Assembly: GCA_043228905.1 (NCBI GenBank)
Contig: JBHGNT010000009.1
Span: forward strand, 18,786,001 to 18,850,000
Reading direction: 5' to 3'
Length of the DNA: 64,000 bases
DNA from: Azolla caroliniana
Lineage: Eukaryota; Plantae; Polypodiophyta
Shown here: positions 12,061 to 26,292 of the stretch, piece after piece
Layout of the letters: each line of letters opens with the position of its first letter
How positions within the stretch are numbered: position 1 is the stretch's first letter
Notes under the pieces: model-generated
The model's database searches: none
Told to the model about the DNA's origin: nothing
What the model saw: the letters and a program-made list of their open reading frames with translations, nothing else
Made by a program: the position numbers and the translations under genes

Positions 12061-15000
12061 GACGATAACAATTCTATTATATTCTACGATCTCTCTTTGT
12101 CTCTCTCTCTCTCTCTCTCTCTCTTTCGTAAATAATGTTTTTCATTATGAAAGAAAACACCACCATGACTCTCTGCTCTAAACACACATGTGCACACATA
12201 TATTCATCTATTTCGGTTGTGTGGGGACTACCTATCAAGTTCTCTAGATCTAGACACTTTCAACCCTGCATTCCGTCATAAACAACACATGGTGACTAAG
12301 ATGTGTTCAAACTTCATCATGTCAAGACTGTTGGGGTCTTCCAATAAGGTATTGGTAATGAGATTTCTTTGATTGACATGTGAGTGATCTCTCATATGTT
12401 AATCTAATCCTGGCAACTTTTTTGAGTGTCTAAAATGTTACAACAATGAAAGGTTGTCAACAAATAAAAAGACAATGGTTAGTCACATTGCTCTGAATGC
12501 CAAACGAGGTTTGACAATGTTACGCACAATAATGTGTCATATAGGGTCAAGGAAATGGAGAACGATGAAGAAGGTTGCCATCAACACCAAAAGCCAGTAG
12601 TGCATTAAGTAGATGGATCCAATTATGAAGCAAAGAACATACCCACAATGACGGAGAAAATGTTTGTGGATAAAATCTTTTGGAAAATGCATCAGTTGCA
12701 CACAAAGTGCATGCACTAGGGATTTAAATTGTACCTATCATCAACGTAGTGTCTGGGAACCACAAATTTATTGATGGGAGTTTCCTCTTAGTATTGTAAT
12801 AAGGTCTTATAGTTGACACCATAACTACAATAGTGAAGGAGGAATAAATATAGAAAATGTTTTCAAGGCCGCATAGAGATACTTATCGGTGACGTTGGAA
12901 CAATAACAATGGATAGGTACGCCTATATTTTTCTTAAATGATTCAGTTTGATGTGGATAAATTGGAATATTGTAGACATGTTTTTTTTGTCTCAAAATGT
13001 TATTGCTTGAGAATTGGCTTGATTGGTTTTCAAACGCCAAAGGTTGTTCTCGAACTTAGGCATGCATACTCATCTTAGTTATCCATGTAATTTTGATGTC
13101 ATGATATATGGCACAATAAATCATGAACATTAAGATCGCTCACATATATTGTTTTTTTTTCCAAAAAACTCACATATATTGTTTGATGTATGCAAATGCA
13201 AAACATATAAATAAAGGCAAAGCCCATCTATAATCTTGTTTTAAGCCATATGTTTGTGTATTATATAATATATTGTGTGTATATATGTATGTTTCATTGA
13301 CTTGTAATTTGTAAACCTCTGAAATATACAATTGTAAATTATAAATTGTAAAAGAGAATGGTTTAAGTTTGAGGATCATGACTCACATGTGACGACATGG
13401 TGACACATCTTTCAAGATGACCAGTCAAATCAATGATAAAGCCTTTAAGTGGGTAAAATATAATACATACTATCAACATGCCATGAACAAACTAAAAAAT
13501 TGTAGGTTGTACTTAATATGATTATGCATCATTTATATTATAAATATGCACAATGTACTACCATGAAAGATTAAAAGTATTATGTTATAGAAATAGGTCA
13601 AGTAGAAAATATGGCACCCAATGATAGCATATATCTGCAAGATGCATATGCCCTTGAAAGTTGAAACCAATACCATGTTTCATAAAATTTCCCAGTATTG
13701 TTCCTATATAATTTTTCACTAATGATGCCATAATTTAAACTCTACTTTATGTACCAACTTCCAAGCTTATGAGCATGACAAATGAGCTCATATTTCAGAA
13801 AAAGTTTTACCATGATACTTTTGATGCTCAAACTTATAGTTCAAGAAGGATACACATTTTTGTATGTAAATGATTTGTAGGATTTTCACAAAAAAGGATG
13901 TACTCATCTCTTTATTATTATATGAGATGATGATGATGATATTGTAACATACACATATGATCATGATAGGCACCACATTAGACCTAACAAGAGCATTGCA
14001 AGAGTGTCTTCTTTGTTGGTGCATAAGATCAAGCAACATGGAGCTCATGCATTTTTCTTGAGGTCACCCTTTAGTTGAAGTAGAACACAAAAAGATGAGT
14101 CGAGAATGCCCTAATTGGAGATCTTGCACGAGGTTGGTGCATTGGGTAATTGATAATGGAGGCATAACGTCATATGATCATGCAAAATTAACCACAATCA
14201 ATGTGAGTGCTCCTCCTCAAACTCTTGATTGAGGCAGATTGTGCATGTGTGATTTACTCTAGCTAGGCCTCTTCAAGTTTTGTTCTATTTTCAAAATCAA
14301 AGCTTCAAAGTGTAGAAGATAATGGTTTTCAAGATCATCATCCTCACTTTGAATGACATTAAAGCTCCTCATCTGATTTTTCTACTATTACAAACAATAA
14401 GACATCTGAAGTATATCCTAAGATCAATAATGATTTCTTAAAATACCATGCAAATATTCCAATATACATATGCATTGAGCCTATGATAAATGTAATAAAT
14501 GAAACGTGTATGCTTCCTAAGGTGAACATGGATAATAATTGTGTCTTGGTCAAAACCATCTAAGGATAAGAGCAACATTGGTTAAGTAATGCAAAAAAAT
14601 CCATAATTCCTTTGATAAAAAGGTATAAAACAAGCACATAGACGTGCAATTCATGATTATTTTAGAGGGAACGGGGACACTTCCAATCAGGGAGTTTCTT
14701 CAAAAGAAAGAGTTATGAGTAACTAATATGTTGACGAAAATACGGGATGGTTACCCATACATCGCATGAACATCACTTCTTCACAAATAAAGAAGTTAAG
14801 AGACTAAGATGATGATCAATAAATGATATTTTACAATTACCCTATGTGTGGAAACATTGACATTCTTGCAATTGTCGAGGTGAGTTGCCTATGTACCTTT
14901 ATAAGATAATGTGTTGCATGAGTGATGTTACTTGCAATAAATAAACCATGTCAGTTAGTGGTATGTCACATGTTTCCATATGAGGGAAGGTCTCGATATC

Positions 15001-16329
15001 AATACAACAAGGCAACCAAGGGATAACAAAAAGAAATTCTCGGCGTACAAAGATAAAGGTATCAACGAGGCATGTTTCGAGAACTAAAAGGAGACCCAAA
15101 TCTTGAACAACAATTGTATTTATTCTTGATATGTTCCTTGATCGAGAATCACATGTAAACCAACAAAAAAAAAAATTGATTGCACAAATCTCATGTTGAT
15201 GAAACAAAATAACAAAGTTAGGTTAAATTGGTTGTTGGGTTCATATATTTGTAAAATGTGAATGATAGAGTAGGTTGAATTTATAATGAGGTGAAGGTAA
15301 GCGGTTGTGGAATAAATGACTAAGAGTACAAGGTGCATTATGTGGTCCATAAAGCCCAAATTACATTTTTCTTCCATGGTACAATCCTAGTAGTGTGAGA
15401 TGTTTTGCATGGACAAAGTTGAGACAAAGTCGTAGCATTCTAATTGATCCCTAAGTGCTTTTGTCTCGCGTCTCTCTTGTTTCTTGCTCTTCTCATGTGG
15501 TGCAATCTCATTGTCATGTTCTTTAATTGTTGTAGGTGGGCACTTATCGTAAGTGTTGCATATTTCTTGAACTCCATTATTCATTGTGAAAGTGGCTATT
15601 TGATTTAGTTATTGCATAGTTGCATAATTGTATTTGCTTCACTCTACGTCTCATTTTCACATACATTGTATTTCCCTTTTTTTTAGCATTTAGAAGCATT
15701 ATGTTGACTAGAAGGTCATGGTAATGTGAGTGGCGACATAACCTCCTTGGATGAGCAACTCATATCTAGATGTAACCTTCAAAATTGGAGCACCCATCTA
15801 CAGATCAATTGTTCCTCACATATATCTCAACTTAGGAGAGAGGTCATTACTAGCTCCAACCACAAGTTTATATGGTAGCTTTTCGTGTTTCATACCATGG
15901 CCATGACCATGATCCAACACCATATTAGGGATATGGCATTTAGCCTGTCAAGACCAAAATAATGATGTAAGATTATAGGACCTAATAATCTGTCAATACA
16001 TATAATTCAAATGTGGCAACAATGGTGCATTGTATAATCATATGAACCTAGGGCTTAAAAATGGATGTTATAGATAGAAAATAACTAACCATATTTAGAC
16101 CAAGAAAACATGGGTATGCCAAAAATTATATTTAGAATCGTGAAGTGACACAATAAACACTTAATCCATATGTCTCGTGACTCAATATGTAGGGTCGGAC
16201 CACTGCTCATAGAGCCTTATAACTACAACACATGTTGGACACCATACTTATACTGTTTATAACATGTCCAACCGCGAGGACACACAACGGGTTCAATTTT
16301 ACACATGGAATACTGAATGCAATGGAGTT

Positions 16330-16612
16330 GCACAAAATTGTCTTAGATCCATGTCCACCAAATGCAATGGTGCTGTAAAATGTCCTGGGTCCATGTCCAC
16401 GACATGTGATAGCGTTGTAAAATGTCCCGGGTCCATGTCCACGACATGCGATGGAGCTTGTAAAATGTCTTTTGTCCATGTCCACGCCATGTGATGGAGC
16501 TTGTAAAATGGGACCATGTTCACACAATGAGACAGAGCTATAAAATGTCCAGGATCCATGTCCACTCCATGTGATGGAGCTGTAAAATGACCTAGATCCA
16601 TGTCCAAAACCG
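16330..16612. repeat. ~42-bp minisatellite, ~7 units
   Basis: Core ccatgtccac...gatggagctgtaaaatg recurs at ~16349, 16391, 16433, 16476, 16514, 16556, 16598. Confidence 0.9.
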
Positions 16613-17128
16613 TACGACGGTTGAGATCGTGTCTAGCCAACGAGGACCATGATAGGGGGAGGGGGTAGGGGATCGAAACTCTGGAGGAGTGCCCCCCCAC
16701 CCCCCCCAACGGAGCAAGCAGGCGAGACGAGGGTGCAAGACTCAAAGCGCTCGGAATCTCTTCTTGCCGCCGGAGCTCAAGATTAGAAGACGGTCGAGAT
16801 TCAGGCGGGGGCAGGAAGGGTAGGCAAGGCAGGCGCACACAGGATCCATGTCCACTCCATGTGATGGAGCTGTAAAATGACCTAGATCCATGTCCACGCC
16901 GTACGACGGTTGAGATCGTGTCTAGCCAACGAGGACCATGATAGGGGGAGGGGGTAGGGGATCGAAACTCTGGAGGAGTGCCCCCCCCCCCCCCAACGGA
17001 GCAAGCAGGCGAGACGAGGGTGCGGGATTCAAAGCGCTCGGAATCTCTTCTTGCCGCCGGAGCTCAAGATTAGAAGACGGTTGAGATTCAGGCGGGGGCA
17101 GGAAGGGTAGGCAGGGCATGCGCACACA
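16550..17128. repeat. Near-identical 290-bp tandem duplication upstream of the Cu-ATPase gene
   Basis: 16550-16839 and 16840-17128 both start caggatccatgtccactcc and end gcgcacac, with few substitutions. Confidence 0.95.
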
Positions 17129-17886
17129 CGATCAATCCTCTTTCAGACTGCATCCATTTGGTTATAGGTGGGTTTGGCCTTTCAACCACCACTCTCTCTC
17201 TCTCTCACAGGCATCTCTGCTTTCTTTTGCTTTCTTTTGATTTGACTGAATGATGATGGATTGAGCTTGAAGGCGAGGATTTGTTCTTGCCTTCAAATTG
17301 TACTATCTGCCTGTACTACTCCTCCTCCCCTGCCCCCCCCACACAACACACATATTTCATCTATTTTACCCCCCCCCCCCCCCTTCCTTCCTCTTTGTAC
17401 TCTCTCTCTCTGTCTTTTGTTTCTTTTCTTCAGATATTTTATTTTTTTGCCCCCCCCCCCCCACCCATTGACTATTTCTGCAAATTTCCCTGTTGTGTCG
17501 CAGACCCATCTCTGTCTCCCTCTGTCTCTCCAGCCGTGTGTCAATCTGAGACTTCAATCAATCCCCAAGCATCATCGATCCCATGGCCTTGAGGTCAGAA
17601 TCTCACTTGGGCGAATGATCATCAATTCGTGCTTCATCCCGTGATAGATCCTGAATTCTGTACCCTGTTCTGCATACAAATCAAAGAATTCTTTCATCAT
17701 TTGCCTCTTTATATATATATATATTATATGTGTATGTGTATATATATCTACATACATATGTCTGATTGTATATAGTATATACAACACCTGATTGGATTCG
17801 TATATATATATATACCTATCTGATTGTATACATATATACACCGAACATATATAGAAGAAAAAAGGTAAAGAGCTGGGTACACAGAT

Positions 17887-20800
17887 ATGGGTTTCCTGAG
17901 AAGCTCTGCGGTTGAGTGGACACCCATCAGCAGTGTAGACGTCGTAGAAGATTTAGAGAGAGGCATAATTGGTACGGATGAAGGAGAGACTGAAATGGTA
18001 CCTTTGCTTCTTTCTTCTTCTTTGGCCACAAGTACATTAGAGAATCATGCCAGCATCAATGGTGAAAGAAGATCAATAGTCGATCCAACAATAGACAATT
18101 CTTCTTCTTTGGATTCGGATTCAACGTTGTTGGCGATTGTTCCCGAGAAAATAGAAGTGCAGGTTGTAGGTATGACATGTGCAGCGTGCTCAAACTCGGT
18201 CGAGAATGCACTGCTGAAACTTGATGGTGTTCTTTCTGCCTCTGTTTCCCTCCTCCAAAACAAGGCCATCATAGAATATGATCCTATGCAAATAAAGGTA
18301 AGCCATCATCCCAAACATTGCTTTTCTCTTTTCTTCATGTTTTGATTCGATGTGGTTATGATCCAATGAGCTTAAATATAAGCAATCATCCCAAACATTG
18401 TTTTGTATTCTTTCTTTGTGCTTTGATTTGATTTGATGAGAGTAAAGATAAGGAATCATTCAAACATTGATTTTTTTATTCCTTCCTGATTTATTTTTCT
18501 TTGAGTATGATTCAGTGAGAGAAAAGGTAAAGCTATCATCCCAAATATTGCTTCCCCCCCCCTCCGTACTTTGAATTATTTTGATGAGTATGATTCAATT
18601 TGAGTGAAGGTAAGAAAATAAAATCTTTTTAAGTGGTTTGATTTTGATTTGATGAGAGTAAACATAAGTAAACCTTAACATTATGCTTCAAAACAACATA
18701 TTTTTTTCGTCATACTTGTGTTTTTTGTCCCACCTTTCTATCGAGATCTAAATCCTCAAGTATGATTTCATGTGAGTATAACTAGCAAGCTCCAGAATTG
18801 TTTTTTTTCTCATGCTTGATACTTTTCTTCTCGCATCTTTCTTCCAAGATTAATGTCCGAAGGAAACTCTATGTTTGTTCAGTGAGCGTGAAGGTAAGAA
18901 TGCCCATGCCCAACATTGACATCATTTTTTTCTTCATACTTCTTTTTTCACTATTCATCTTTGTCTTGAGATTAACGTTCAGAACGAGAATATTTAATTG
19001 TTCATCGAGGATGATTCAATGCAAGTAAAGGTAATCAATCCCGAACATTGTTTTTTTCCTTCATGATTGTGTTTTTTTGTTGGATCATTGTGTTAAACCT
19101 TCTTTCCTCTCTTTGATTGTCAGGTATGATTTGATAGACTATTGAAGATGAGCAAGAACTAAATTGCTTCAAATGTTTTCCTTTTTTCCTTCATGCATGC
19201 TTTTTTTTGCTGCATCTTTTTGTTGAGGTTAATACCCAGAAAGAGGCTCTTTGTTTGTCTGATATGGTTCTGTGCAAGTAAAAATAAGCAAGTCCCAACA
19301 TTGCATTTTCATGTTTGCTGTTTTATTTGTGCATCTTTTCTGATGTTGGGAATCACCTTCTTAGTTCATCCAGTATAGTTCAATGAGAGTAAAGGTGACC
19401 AAGCCCATTATTGCTTCACCGTTTTCTTCTTGGTTCTTGGCTTTTGGTGCATCTCTCTGTTGATATTAACGTTAGAAATGAAACTCCTTATTGCGTCTTC
19501 TTGTGAAATTGTATTGTCTCTTCTTGAAGGACAATCTTCTTTGCATAAGAAGATGTCAAATGCCATTATGAAGGGTACTCATACACAAGAAGAAAGATAA
19601 GAAGTTTCCCATGCAGAAAAAACCTACTAGCCCTCATTTTTCCATATGATGTTCAACATTGAGCTTCAAGAAAATCCTTACGTTATTATGCCCTAATCTG
19701 CAATGTGGGGATCATTGTGGGAAAATAATTCTTGTAATTCAAGCTACACTGAAATTGTGATAGAAATGTAAGACTAAGTCTGAAATCTAACTAAATTAGA
19801 TGCTGTTGGAATGGTTTTTAGGGTTAAATTAGCTTCACTTTGATGTTATTAAGCATGGATATATATGTATACATACATACAGACATACATATATATACAT
19901 TTGTGTGTGTGTCTATATATATATGTATATAGCCATGTTTTGGGGATCATGCAGATGATAGAGTAATGATAGGATTATTATTTTTTAAAATTTTCTCTTA
20001 TTAAACTAAGGTTATTGATTTTCAGGAGGAACGTATTAAAGAGGCAATAGAAGATTCTGGCTTTGATGCAGAAATTATGGTCAAATCAAATTCAGTTTCA
20101 TCTCTGGTATCTAAAAAATCTACTATAACTGGTCGCTTCAGGATTACAGGTTTATCATGTGCAGCTTGTGTAACTTCTGTTGAAAGCATCTTGTTGTCCC
20201 TTGACGGAATCATTTCTGCCACTATTGGCTTAGCGGCGGCGAGTTTGGGTGATGTAACATATAATCCTTCTATCATAGATAAAAATGCAATTATTGCAGC
20301 AATAACCGATGCGGGGTTCGAAGCGGAATTCCTTGAAAGTGAGATGAGAAATGTCGTGGAGTTGATCATTGAAGGCATGCTTTCTGAAAAAGATGAACAA
20401 ATTGTTCAGAATGTTTTCTACCAGGTGCGTGGATTAAAGGAATTCAATGTGGATCCACTTCTTCAGAGGGTGAAAGTGACATTTGATCCTGAAGTGGTTA
20501 AAGTGAGGGCCATAGCAGAAGCGATAGAACAAAACGGTGAAGGAAGATTCAGGGTTACTATGTCACAGCGTCAGAGTCCATATACAATGGACAGAAAAAC
20601 TGAGGCACAGAGTATACTTCATTTACTGAGATGGAGCTTGATTTTTAGTGTAAGTTTAGACAGTTTCTCTCTTTTATTTTTCTATGGTAATGTTCTAAGC
20701 TGAATATTGTTCTCAACTTGTGTTGTGGCAGATTCCTGTTATTTTCCTTGGGATCATTTGTCCCAAGATCCCACTTTTCCATACTTTTATGACACTTTGC

Positions 20801-23800
20801 TATGGCTCTTTCAGTATAGTTGACTGGTTAAAATGGGGTTTAGTGACTCCGGTGCAGTTTTTCATAGGAAGGCGATTCTACTTGGGGGCATATAGGTCAC
20901 TGAGAAACATGTCAGCGAATATGGATGTCCTCGTGGTGCTTGGAACAACGTCTGCGTACTTCTACTCCTTCTTTGCTCTGATTTATAGAGCAGTTACTGG
21001 ACAAGCATTAGTCACCTATTTTGAGACTACTGTCATGTTGATAAACTTTATCCTTCTCGGAAAGTATTTGGAGGTAGTTGCGAAAGGGAAAACCTCGGAG
21101 GCAATTGGAAAGCTTTTGAAGCTTGCGCCTTCAACTGCTGTTTTACTTACTGTTGACATTGGTATGTATTTTGCATCCCAATTTGCTGTTATTATATGTC
21201 TCTCAGAAGAAGAAGAAAAAAACAATACCCAATGTAAATCACTTACGTCTTATGCCTTATAAAATTCAAAGAATCAAAGCAAGAATATGAAGATCTCTAA
21301 AAAACCATTAGGCCAATGAGACATAACAGAAATTCGACTTTGCTTCTGTCAACTTGTCAAAGCATCTAACAAAAGAAAAATATGTTTTCCATTTAGATTC
21401 CTGAACTAAAAAGCTTGAATACATGTAGCCATGAATGACAATACCTCCTTGTGACATTTTCCACAATTTTGTGCTGATAAATGGACAGCTATACATGTAA
21501 TGTGTGTAGAAGCTATTTATTCGGTGAGTGCTTTTATGGCTGCAGAAGGATCTAATTGAAGAAGCTTATCTAAAATTAATGGGAACATAGATGTACTAGC
21601 TCATGTATGAAATATATGTTTAATGGAGAGAGGGGGACATGTAACTACTTCCATAGTATCAGGAATAAAGAAAAATAATAGGTGGTCTGCTGCAAGGGAG
21701 GTAGCTTGAAATCTCTAATGCAATCCAACATGTTCCGGATTGAGAATTTTAATCCTTGCTCTACCTCAATGATGAAAAGAAAACTCTCTTTCCTGACCTT
21801 GGACAGATGTTCCTCCCGTTATAGATAACAAGATGGTGTCTGGATCCAAAGTCTATTGAATGTATATTATACGCAATGATATGTGCTAGTGTCCCACACT
21901 TTGGGCATAAACGACATCGTATGTCCCTGCTACCCTTCGTCCAGGAAGATGAGCTTCGTGTCTATTACCCCAAGAAGTACATGTTCTAGTAGAATGTTCT
22001 TTCATTTCTTTATCTCTGAATTGGAAGTAGGAAGCAGGGGTTCAGTTAGTGTATTCCTAAAAGATATATTGTACATTCAACCATGGAAAATTGGTGTTAT
22101 TGGGCTGATTTGTGTTTTTCTATGTAGATGGAAATCCAATCAAAGAAGCAGAGATTGATGTGCAAATGGTGGAGCAAGGAGATATATTGAAAGTTTCTCC
22201 AGGGTCTAGGGTTCCTGCTGATGGTCTTGTTATATGGGGTTCCAGCCACATTGACGAGAGCATGATAACTGGTGAAGCTTTGCCTGTATCAAAAACAGTT
22301 GGTGACAATGTGATAGGGGGAACTCTCAATACCAGTGGCGCCCTCCATATTCGTGTGACTCGTGTGGGTTCTGAAGCTGCATTGGCACAGATTGTGGATT
22401 TGGTAGAGACTGCTCAAATGGTGAAAGCGCCAATTCAAAAATTTGCTGATTTTGTAAGTATCATCCAATCATGTAAAGACCTTTCAATTTTCAATAATCT
22501 TATTATAATACGAACCAGCTGGAATCACCAAGCATTGCTGTTCAGTGACTTCTTTGTAGACTAAAGAGGCAGATTGTCCATGTGTCACCATCTAAAGGTA
22601 GTTTAGTTTAGTTAGTTCTACTGTTTCTGTTAATTGGTTCCATGAATACAAGGTTGAAATATTTATAGCTCTGATTTAAGTAGTTTTTGCTTTTTCTGCA
22701 TTCAATACATTGGTCTACATAATTTTGTGGGTGTTTTATACCACGTACCACACAATATTAACCTTCTTACTACCTTTACCACTAAACATTGTCTACCTTC
22801 TATAAATGGGTTTAGCACTTTGAGAGTAGTATTCGGATAGATAATTGATTGCTTAAAAATCTGTGGAGTAGCTGTAACTTTTCCATGAAGGATGATTGTT
22901 GACACGCTCTTCTTTTATGTAATTTTGTTATGAACGCAAATTAAAATAAATATATATCTATACTTTGCATGCTAAAGAGACGTATTTTAAATGCAGGTTG
23001 CAAGCATTTTTGTCCCAGTTGTGGTTTCTCTTGCATTGGTGACATGGCTTTGTTGGTATAGTGTGACATTTTGTCTTTTGAATTAAACCAAATCAATTAT
23101 TGCTCTACTACAGAAAGATGATTTTGTTTATATACCTCTATGTTTATTGCAGGTATTTAGCTGGAACGTGTGGCTTATATTCGGAATCATGGCTTCCGAT
23201 GGGCACCAATCATTTTGTGTTTTCACTTATGTTCTCTATTTCGGTCTTAGTCATTGCTTGCCCATGTGCATTGGGGCTAGCGACACCTACAGCAGTCATG
23301 GTTGCAACGGGAGTTGGGGCACGTAACGGCGTTCTAATCAAAGGGGGGGATGCATTGGAACTTGCAAAAAAGGTTAAATTTATCATTTTTGATAAGACAG
23401 GGACATTAACCAAAGGGAAGCCGCACGTGTCTAGTATCAAGATGTTTTCAAACACAAAGTTGCTTGACCTTATGGAGCTAGTTGCATCTGCAGAGGTGAG
23501 GAAACTAGTAGTAGCATGAAAGAACTGATGGAAAAACACCAGAAGTACCCAAGTTTTCTTTATTTCTCCAATTTCTTTAAGTTTTTGCTATTTCCCCTGG
23601 TCAATCCATGAAAAAGAGAAAAAGAAGAGGAATAGACAAGGGTGTTCGCCAAGGGCATTTGGGGAAATAACAAAAAAGGGGCATTTTTGGAAATAAATGA
23701 TGACTTATGGGTGTTCTGGAGTTTTCGCTAAGAATTTAGGACTTACTTTGTACAGCAAGATTTCACAATGCTGAAGGTTTTGTTTTGGTGGCATTTATAT

Positions 23801-25721
23801 CCAGGCTGAGAGTGAACATCCTTTAGGTAGAGCTATTGTACAGTACATGAATGGGGAATCCTTCTCCAATGAGCAGATTGCTGCTGATGGATTAACTGTC
23901 AAGCACTCGGGCTGGATGAAAAAGGTCTCTTCTTTTAAAGCTATTGCTGGAAGAGGAGTGAGCAGTGTGGTGGATGGCAGAAATATCCTGGTATTGTTTG
24001 AATTTTTGCTTATCTTGAACAATATGTTATGAAGAAGATATGAACATGCCGAAAAAAATTCATCTGATTTCTGATTGTGTAGGTAGGAAATCGGAAATTG
24101 CTGTGTGAAGCTGGTGTAAATATTCCACTGGAGGCCGAAGAACATTTGCTGGAAGTTGAGAAGAAAGCGATATCGGCAGTCTTGATTGCTGTTGATGGTC
24201 GTTTGGAGGCAGTATTCGGGATAGAGGATCCACTGAAAGTGGAAGCATCAGTTGTCATTAGTAAATTGAAAAGAATGGGAATTACTAGTATCATGCTTAC
24301 AGGAGACAATTGGACAACTGCAAATGCGGTTGCAAGAGAGGTATGCTTCATATGTTTAGGTCATTTTTTTCGAGTCTTAAAAAGTGTGAAGCAATGAAGA
24401 GATTTACATATTGTATGATATGAATGTATCTTTGGTGTAAACTGGTCCAGTCTGTTCTAGTTGTGAGAGAGTTGCTTGTGATTTGGGAAGTCAAGCATTA
24501 CATGACTTCAATTTGACCTTCTATGTGCCTTGGCCTTGGATTGTACGAAGCTAGAACCCATTGCAGTTTTTTTAGCCACAATACTTGAGTAATTTGAAAA
24601 CCTATTTCCGGTGTACTCGTTTCAATGTATTCTCATTGAAAGGTTCATATCGGTGTTTGATTTTATGTTGAGAAGGGCAAAACATGCAATACTTTCTTTA
24701 TTGTTTTCTTCACTATCTATTCCTTAATTAGGTTATGCTTGCATGCAAATGTCAGTGAATATTATATTTAACAATTGTGTGTTGGTTTAAAGCTAGATAG
24801 AGCTAGAAGGTTGAAAATTGCTTGTGTATCCACACATCTTATCAAGGATACATGAAAAGGTTTACATGTGGATACATGTGAAATCTTCTACAGAAAAATA
24901 TACCATGATACCCTAACTTGCTGAATATTTACCATGCTCCAAAATTTTTAAAATCTACCAAAAATACCCTTATCTAGCAATATATTTTATACAGTACAGG
25001 GCTATTTTGGTGTTTTTGAAAACCTTAGGGCTGTTCTCATAAAAATATCAAGTTTAGAGGCATTTCAGTTCTTTTTTTCCAAAATTTGAAGTCTTGACAA
25101 GTACAATGTTAATTGCTATGCCAATGATCATCATGGATGTTGTTTTAGGCGGGAATCGATTAAGTGATTGCTGAAGTAAATTTGAAGTCTTGACAAGTAT
25201 GATGTTAATTAATTTGCCAATGATCATCATGGATTCCGTTTTAGGTCGGAATCGATAAAGTGATTGCCGAAGTTTTGCCTGGTGAGAAAGCTGACCAAGT
25301 TCGCATGTTACAAAAGGACGGCTCAGTAATTGCAATGGTGGGTGATGGCATTAATGACTCTCCCGCACTTGCCGTGGCAGATGTTGGCATGGCATTGGGT
25401 GCAGGCACCGACATTGCCATCGAAACAGCCAATTTTGTTCTAATGAAAAGTAGTCTCGAAGGTGTGGTCACTGCGATCGACTTGTCTCGGAAGACATTTT
25501 CTCGCATTCAACTCAACTATGTATTTGCTATTGGTTATAATGTTCTCGCCCTCCCAGTGGCCGCTGGAGCTTTGTATCCGATGTTAGGTCTACGATTGCC
25601 ACCTTGGGCTGCTGGTGCTGCAATGGCTTTGTCTTCTGTTACTGTAGTATGCTCCTCATTGCTGTTGAATAGGTACAAGAGGCCTCAACTCTCTGAAGTG
25701 GTTGAAATCTATGCCCAATAA
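17887..25721 (+). CDS. RAN1: P1B-1 copper-transporting ATPase, RAN1/HMA7-like, ~1037 aa. Exons 17887-18297, 20026-20649, 20732-21161, 22128-22453, 22997-23055, 23153-23495, 23805-23990, 24083-24340, 25245-25721
   Basis: Metal-binding domains GMTCAAC and GLSCAAC plus a degenerate third; ESMITGE, CPCALGLATP, DKTGT, SEHPL, TGDN, GDGINDSPALA, YN and MALSS; GT-AG junctions are phase-consistent (3114 nt). C-terminus PPWAAGAAMALSS...RYKRPQL resembles RAN1 more than HMA5 (from recall). Confidence 0.93.
18275..19420 (+). repeat. Degenerate tandem array of ~11 copies of the exon1/intron1 junction in Cu-ATPase intron 1
   Basis: Motif (g)tatgatt/c...a(a/g)taaaggtaag...atccca(a)acattg recurs at ~18357, 18428, 18504, 18587, 18645, 18760, 18875, 19010, 19122, 19260, 19372. 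Confidence 0.75.
25082..25273 (+). repeat. ~96-bp tandem duplication spanning the last 3' splice site of the Cu-ATPase
   Basis: aaatttgaagtcttgacaagt...gttttagg..ggaatcgat.aagtgattgc.gaagt occurs twice in tandem. Confidence 0.9.
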
Positions 25722-26251
25722 AGAAATTCATTTCATGTTTCTCATTGTAAAATTATACATACCCTCTAGTGGGAGAAAGCTCACATGCTTCTTTGACAAA
25801 ACAATTGTATATTTTCCCCTGAGGGGAGATTTCCACACATATCAATCTATACATTTAGAAAAAGTAGCACAAAGTTCCTTGGGTGCACGCTCTCGCCTCA
25901 TGGAGGCGGGTTTTGTTGCCCGAATGTGGAGGAAATTTCCCATTTGTAAAGATGCCAAGGAGGTATCTAGTTTTTCAATAAACATGAGTCGAAACATCCA
26001 ATCCATGATGTGATGTGTTTTTATCTTGTATGAGAGATTGAAGGTGGGATATTCCCTCTTTCATGATGGTGAATAAAATGTTGTTCCGCTAATTACGGAA
26101 GATGTTCTTTGTAGTTCATGATCACATTGCCTCATTGTAGTTTATGATAATCTTACGACAGTAAAGTTTAAAGTTAAATTCGTTAATATACACCCATCAT
26201 TTGTATCGTTGTCATTGTGTTTTTGCACATATGCACACACACACACACACA

Positions 26252-26292
<41 letters not shown>

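Noticed and set aside
12400-16000. Possible DNA transposon (MULE/hAT) transposase remnants
   Set aside because: No catalytic motif, TIR or TSD could be identified with confidence.
16207-16838. Cys-rich repeat ORFs (CPGSMSTTCD / HGVDMDPGHF) near the Cu-ATPase that look like metallothionein-like peptides
   Set aside because: They are translations of a 42-bp minisatellite open on both strands, with no splice or homology support.
23540-23720. Possible MITE in a Cu-ATPase intron (similar hint at ~24890-25040)
   Set aside because: Terminal inverted repeats too imperfect and no TSD discernible.
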